A DNA stretch of 64,000 nt from an uncultured Verrucomicrobiae bacterium (GTDB taxonomy: Bacteria; Verrucomicrobiota; Verrucomicrobiia; Chthoniobacterales; Chthoniobacteraceae), in contig CAWHEP010000006.1 in assembly GCA_963828525.1 (NCBI GenBank), forward strand, positions 32,001-96,000. The letters run 5' to 3'. The position numbers and the translations under genes are program-made. The notes under the pieces were generated by a model. That model saw only the letters and a program-made list of their open reading frames with translations, was not told the DNA's origin and made no database searches. Numbering within the stretch: position 1 is the stretch's first letter; every line of letters begins with the position of its first letter. Positions 60,099 to 64,000 of the stretch are shown piece by piece.

Positions 60099-61140
60099 AG
60101 GGGCCGGGTCGCGTGGGGCACACGGAAGCCGCTCAAGGCTTACGCAAAAGCGGGAGTGGATGTCGATCTCGGGAAATCTGCTGAAGGGGCGCATCCAGCG
60201 AAAAGTTCAGGCGACACATGGGCCCGAAGTGCTGGGCAGGATTGGCGGTTTTGGCGGGCTGTTTAAACCCGATTTTGCTGGAATGAAGGAGCCTGTGCTC
60301 GTCTCCAGCGTGGACGGAGTCGGCACAAAGCTGAAGATCGCTTTCGCCGCGGGAAGTCACGATACGGTGGCTCAGGATCTGGTGAATCACTGCGTCAACG
60401 ACATCGCCGTTCTTGGAGCGCGTCCCCTGTTTTTCCTGGACTACATCGGCGCGGAACGGCTTGATCCGGAAGTTTTTGATCAACTCCTCTCCGGATTCAG
60501 CCGGGCTTGCAAATCCGCAGGGTGTGCATTGGTTGGTGGGGAGACTGCTCAGATGCCCGGCATGTATAAACCCGGGGAATATGATCTCGCGGGCTGCATC
60601 GTCGGGGTGGTTGATCGCAAAAAATTCTGGATAGCTCCACGATCGCCTCTGGCGATTTCATTGTCGGCCTGCCCTCCCACGGCCTTCATACAAACGGCTA
60701 TTCGCTCGCGAGGAAGATTCTTTTTCGAAAGATGAAACTGACTTGCCGACTCTTCGGTCCCCGGACTCAAGTTGAAGCTGGGAGCCGAACTATTGAAGGT
60801 CCACCGCAACTACCAGCCCGCTTTGGCATCCGTGCATCCGCTCATCAAGAGCGCGGCGCATATCACCGGAGGCGGGTTGCTCGATAATGTCGCTCGCGTG
60901 CTGCCCGCTTCCTGCGATGCTATCATCAATCCATCATCATGGAAAACGCCCGCCATCTTTGAAATATTGCAGCGTGGCGGCAAAGTGCCCATATCTGAGA
61001 TGTACCAGGTTTTTAACATGGGGATCGGTATGACCCTCATCCTTTCGGAGGCGAACGTCGATAAGGTGATCCGCCTCACTCGCGGCAGGGTGATCGGAAC
61101 GATTGTGGCTGGAACGGGTTCTGTCCGGATCGCCTCTTAA
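60095..61140 (+). CDS. purM: AIR synthase (frameshifts; start approximate)
   Basis: [48 protein letters not shown]. Confidence 0.93.
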
Positions 61141-61142
61141 GC

Positions 61143-62154
61143 ATGGCGCCCACAGCCCGTCTTCAGGCGAAAAAAGCGCCGCCTCTGGGGTGTTGGCCTG
61201 GGCGCTGGAGCTTTGGGCGCTCTCTTCTTTGGCATGCGGTACGCCATGCGGCGTCCCCCGCAGTTGCTCGTGCCCGATACCATCTCCCCCGCGATTTTCG
61301 CCACGAGGGTTTTGCAGACCCCGCCCGGGAATATCGTCTATCATGAGTCAGGCAGCGGACAGCCGCTCATATTCGTCCATGGCATCTATACCGGCGCTTC
61401 TTCTTACGAATGGTCGAAAGTTTATCCGGAGTTCGCATCCCGTTTCAGGGTGCTCGCCCCGGATCTGATTGGATTTGGGGAATCGCAACGCCCCAACGCG
61501 AAGCTGCAGATCGCGGACTACGTGCGCATGCTTGGAGAGTTTGCAAAAGCGACTTGCGGCCAGCAGCCCCCGATTTTTATCGCAAGCGGTCTGGGCGCGG
61601 GGTTCTGCGTGTACCTTGCAAGTCAGCATCCGGAGCTCGTGTCGCGTCTCATACTTTATATGCCCGCCGGCCGCGCTGATTTTGGAGGGCAAGGCGTCTC
61701 CCTTGCGGCGAGGCTCGCCAGTCGCGCTCCCTTGCTGAATCGCTTCCTCTATCGCAATTATTACGCGACCAAGCCTGCAATTCGCTCATGGCTGGCAGAT
61801 CGCGCTTTCGTGCGCCCTGATCTCGTCACGGATGAAATGGTCGATGTCTTGACCACCTGCGCTCAACAGTATGGAGCCGAACACTCGATCCTGAACTTCC
61901 AAGGGGGCCGCGTCGGGTTCGATCTCGAACAACGCATAAAGATGCTGTCTCAACCGGTGACATTGCTCTGGGGTGACCAGTCTGTTTTCCCTCGCCTGGA
62001 ATCGGCTTACCGCCTCCAGCCGTCCATCCCAAACTGCACACTCAGGATTATCGAAAACGCCGGCTCCCTTGCGGCTTTGGAATCACCCTCCGAGCTTGTG
62101 GAGATTCTGCAAACTCAACTCGACGGTGAGCTCGGCTACTTCAAAGTGGTGTGA
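61143..62154 (+). CDS. Alpha/beta fold hydrolase (5' frameshift likely)
   Basis: FVHGI, APDLIGFGES, ASGLGA, LLWG. Confidence 0.8.
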
Positions 62155-62233
62155 ACGGCTTGGATAGTAACGCGCGTAAAATCCTTGTCACCGCTTCTCG
62201 ATTGAAGTATTAGCAAGCCAACTAATTTCCAGT

Positions 62234-62632
62234 ATGAGGTCACTTTCTTTATTCGCAGTCTTGGGTTTGACAGTTTGTTTAATCGCTGCCTGCTCAAACC
62301 AGGACGATGCCCCGCCGCGCAGGCCCCGCAAAGTAGGCTACCTGCCTCAAGAGCAGCCGACAGAGGATGAGGGAGGGCGCGAGCCTGATGCCGCCCCGAC
62401 GCCGAGGCCCCAGGCGGAAGAAACGCCAGTCCCAGCGCCGGAGCCCCCTGTGTCTAATCCCACTCCAGCTCCTGTGAAGAAGGACTACTCCTATGGAGTC
62501 CCGGTTCCCGGAAAGCAGGGATTTGTCACAAGTCCCTACGCTCCATCGGCCGGATACGTGGATGTCCGCGGGTATCCGCCCGGGACGGAAGTTAAAGATC
62601 CTTACACACAAAAGATCTTCCTGGTTCCCTGA
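62234..62632 (+). CDS. Pro-rich lipoprotein
   Basis: Lipobox LIAAC; C-terminal [39 protein letters not shown]. Confidence 0.75.
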   Translation: MRSLSLFAVLGLTVCLIAACSNQDDAPPRRPRKVGYLPQEQPTEDEGGREPDAAPTPRPQAEETPVPAPEPPVSNPTPAPVKKDYSYGVPVPGKQGFVTSPYAPSAGYVDVRGYPPGTEVKDPYTQKIFLVP

Positions 62633-62675
62633 CGCTTTTTGCGACGCGGCGAGCTGTCTCCCGGGCAGCTTTTCC

Positions 62676-63533
62676 ATGACGTTTCCCAGGATCGCAATCA
62701 TCGGACCCGGCTTGCTGGGAGGCTCAATCGCCCGCGCAATCCGCGCGCGGCACCCTGGCTCTCACATCGCTATCTGGACGCGCCGCCCGGATTCTCTCCC
62801 TCTGATCCAATCGATGGGCCTTTCAGACCGCGCGTCCACTGATCTGTCAGAAACTGTGGACGATGCTGAGATGATCGTCCTCTCCGTGCCTATCGGAGCT
62901 ATGGCTCCTCTTGGGGCCGCCTTTGTTTCGTCGATCAAACATGACGCGATCATCACGGATGTTGGAAGTGTCAAAGCGCCTGTCGTTGACTCATTGTCCG
63001 CCATCTTCAAAGAACGTGGCCGCTTCGTGGGAAGCCACCCGATGGCAGGATCCGAGCGCTCCGGGCTTGCGGCGTCGCGCGCTGACTTGTTTGAGGGAAC
63101 GGCATGCATCCTGACGCCGCATCCCGGCGCGGATCCGGATGCCATATCCGCGGTGGATGAGTTTTGGGTTGCCCTCGGCTGTCGCACCTGCCGCATGCCC
63201 GCTATGGAACACGACGAAGCCATGGCGCTTGTCAGCCACCTGCCTCACCTCCTCGCGGCGGCGCTGGTGAACTTTGTGCATGCCCGCGCCCCCCGCGCTT
63301 TCGACGTGTGCGGCAACGGCTTCCGCGATACCACCCGCATCGCGTCAGGGTCGCCTGACATGTGGGCCGAAATCTTCGCGACCAATCGTGACTTTTTGAA
63401 GAACGCCGTGAATAATCTGTCTCGGGAACTGGCCGGCCTTGGCCATCTCCTGGACGAAGCGGACGACGAAAGCATGAGAAAAATCTTAGCGCAAGCAAAG
63501 GAGACGAGGGACGCCTTGGCGGCCGGAAATTGA
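62676..63533 (+). CDS. tyrA: Prephenate dehydrogenase
   Basis: GPGLLGGS, TDVGSVK, GSHPMAGSE, HD...A.VSHLPH, FRDTTRIA. Confidence 0.93.
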   Translation: MTFPRIAIIGPGLLGGSIARAIRARHPGSHIAIWTRRPDSLPLIQSMGLSDRASTDLSETVDDAEMIVLSVPIGAMAPLGAAFVSSIKHDAIITDVGSVKAPVVDSLSAIFKERGRFVGSHPMAGSERSGLAASRADLFEGTACILTPHPGADPDAISAVDEFWVALGCRTCRMPAMEHDEAMALVSHLPHLLAAALVNFVHARAPRAFDVCGNGFRDTTRIASGSPDMWAEIFATNRDFLKNAVNNLSRELAGLGHLLDEADDESMRKILAQAKETRDALAAGN

Positions 63534-63534
63534 T

Positions 63535-64000
63535 ATGGCGTACTGGAAAATAAAGAAAGCTCCCGTCATTCAGGGAGAGATCAGCGTGCCGGGCGACAAA
63601 AGCATCTCGCACAGGGCCGTCATCATCGCGGCAATGTCTAACGGCACATGCGTCATCAACGGGTTTCTGCCCAGTGAAGACTGCATGCGCACTGTGGATG
63701 CGATGCGCGCCTTGGGTGTCGAAATTGAGCAGCCTGAACCTGCGACCCTTATCGTGAAGGGTAAAAAGCGGAAGTTCGACGCGCCGACTGGCGATATTGA
63801 CTGCGGCAACTCCGGCACGACCATGCGCCTGCTTTGCGGGGTCCTCGCTGCCCAGCCTTTCCGCTCCCGGCTGGTGGGAGATGCCTCCTTGTCACGCCGC
63901 CCGATGAAGCGGGTGATCGATCCTCTCACCGAGATGGGCGCCACCATCACCGCCGAAGGGGACAAGGGCCGTCCTCCGCTGGTCATCCAGGGCGGCAAGC
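63535..64000 (+). CDS. aroA: EPSP synthase, truncated by window end
   Basis: From ATG 63535: VPGDKSISHRA, DCGNSGTTMRL, GDASLSRRPMKRV. Confidence 0.95.
   Translation, partial: MAYWKIKKAPVIQGEISVPGDKSISHRAVIIAAMSNGTCVINGFLPSEDCMRTVDAMRALGVEIEQPEPATLIVKGKKRKFDAPTGDIDCGNSGTTMRLLCGVLAAQPFRSRLVGDASLSRRPMKRVIDPLTEMGATITAEGDKGRPPLVIQGGK

Noticed and set aside
55619..61140. Programmed ribosomal frameshifting in pur genes
   Set aside because: Too many unrelated breakpoints without consistent slippery sites; sequencing error is simpler

Overview
GC-rich bacterial chromosome segment. The gene content (PVC-type multiheme cytochrome/beta-propeller pair, tandem kinase-Sel1 protein, TIGR03118 protein, short [14 protein letters not shown] lipoprotein) suggests Verrucomicrobiota, possibly Chthoniobacterales; this is an inference. 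Most of the window is housekeeping: an aroF fragment, trpA, tyrS, gcvT/H, hom-thrC-lysC, fabG, pgl, purS/Q/L/F/M, tyrA-aroA and three tRNAs. Many core genes carry single-base frameshifts, which points to uncorrected long-read errors, so pseudogene calls are provisional. Two accessory regions stand out. (1) A 4.93-kb element integrated in the 3' half of tRNA-Leu(UAA), bounded by a perfect 58-bp att duplication (6451-6508 / 11380-11437) and matching arm-type repeats. All its genes are co-oriented: tyrosine integrase, hicB-hicA, excisionase-like HTH, putative ssDNA-binding protein, hairpin origin, two-tyrosine HUH rolling-circle Rep, NYN nuclease and a GYF_2/Zn-ribbon/TM2 membrane protein. It has no virion or conjugation genes, so it looks like a minimal integrative rolling-circle element (plasmid- or satellite-like) with defence-type cargo. 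This is the best candidate for an undescribed system. (2) A decayed defence island 3' of tRNA-fMet (about 42.3-48.0 kb): addiction module with a ParE stub, a TIR/SEFIR protein, two HsdR N-terminal stubs, a RES-Xre remnant and an AbiEi/AbiEii pair.
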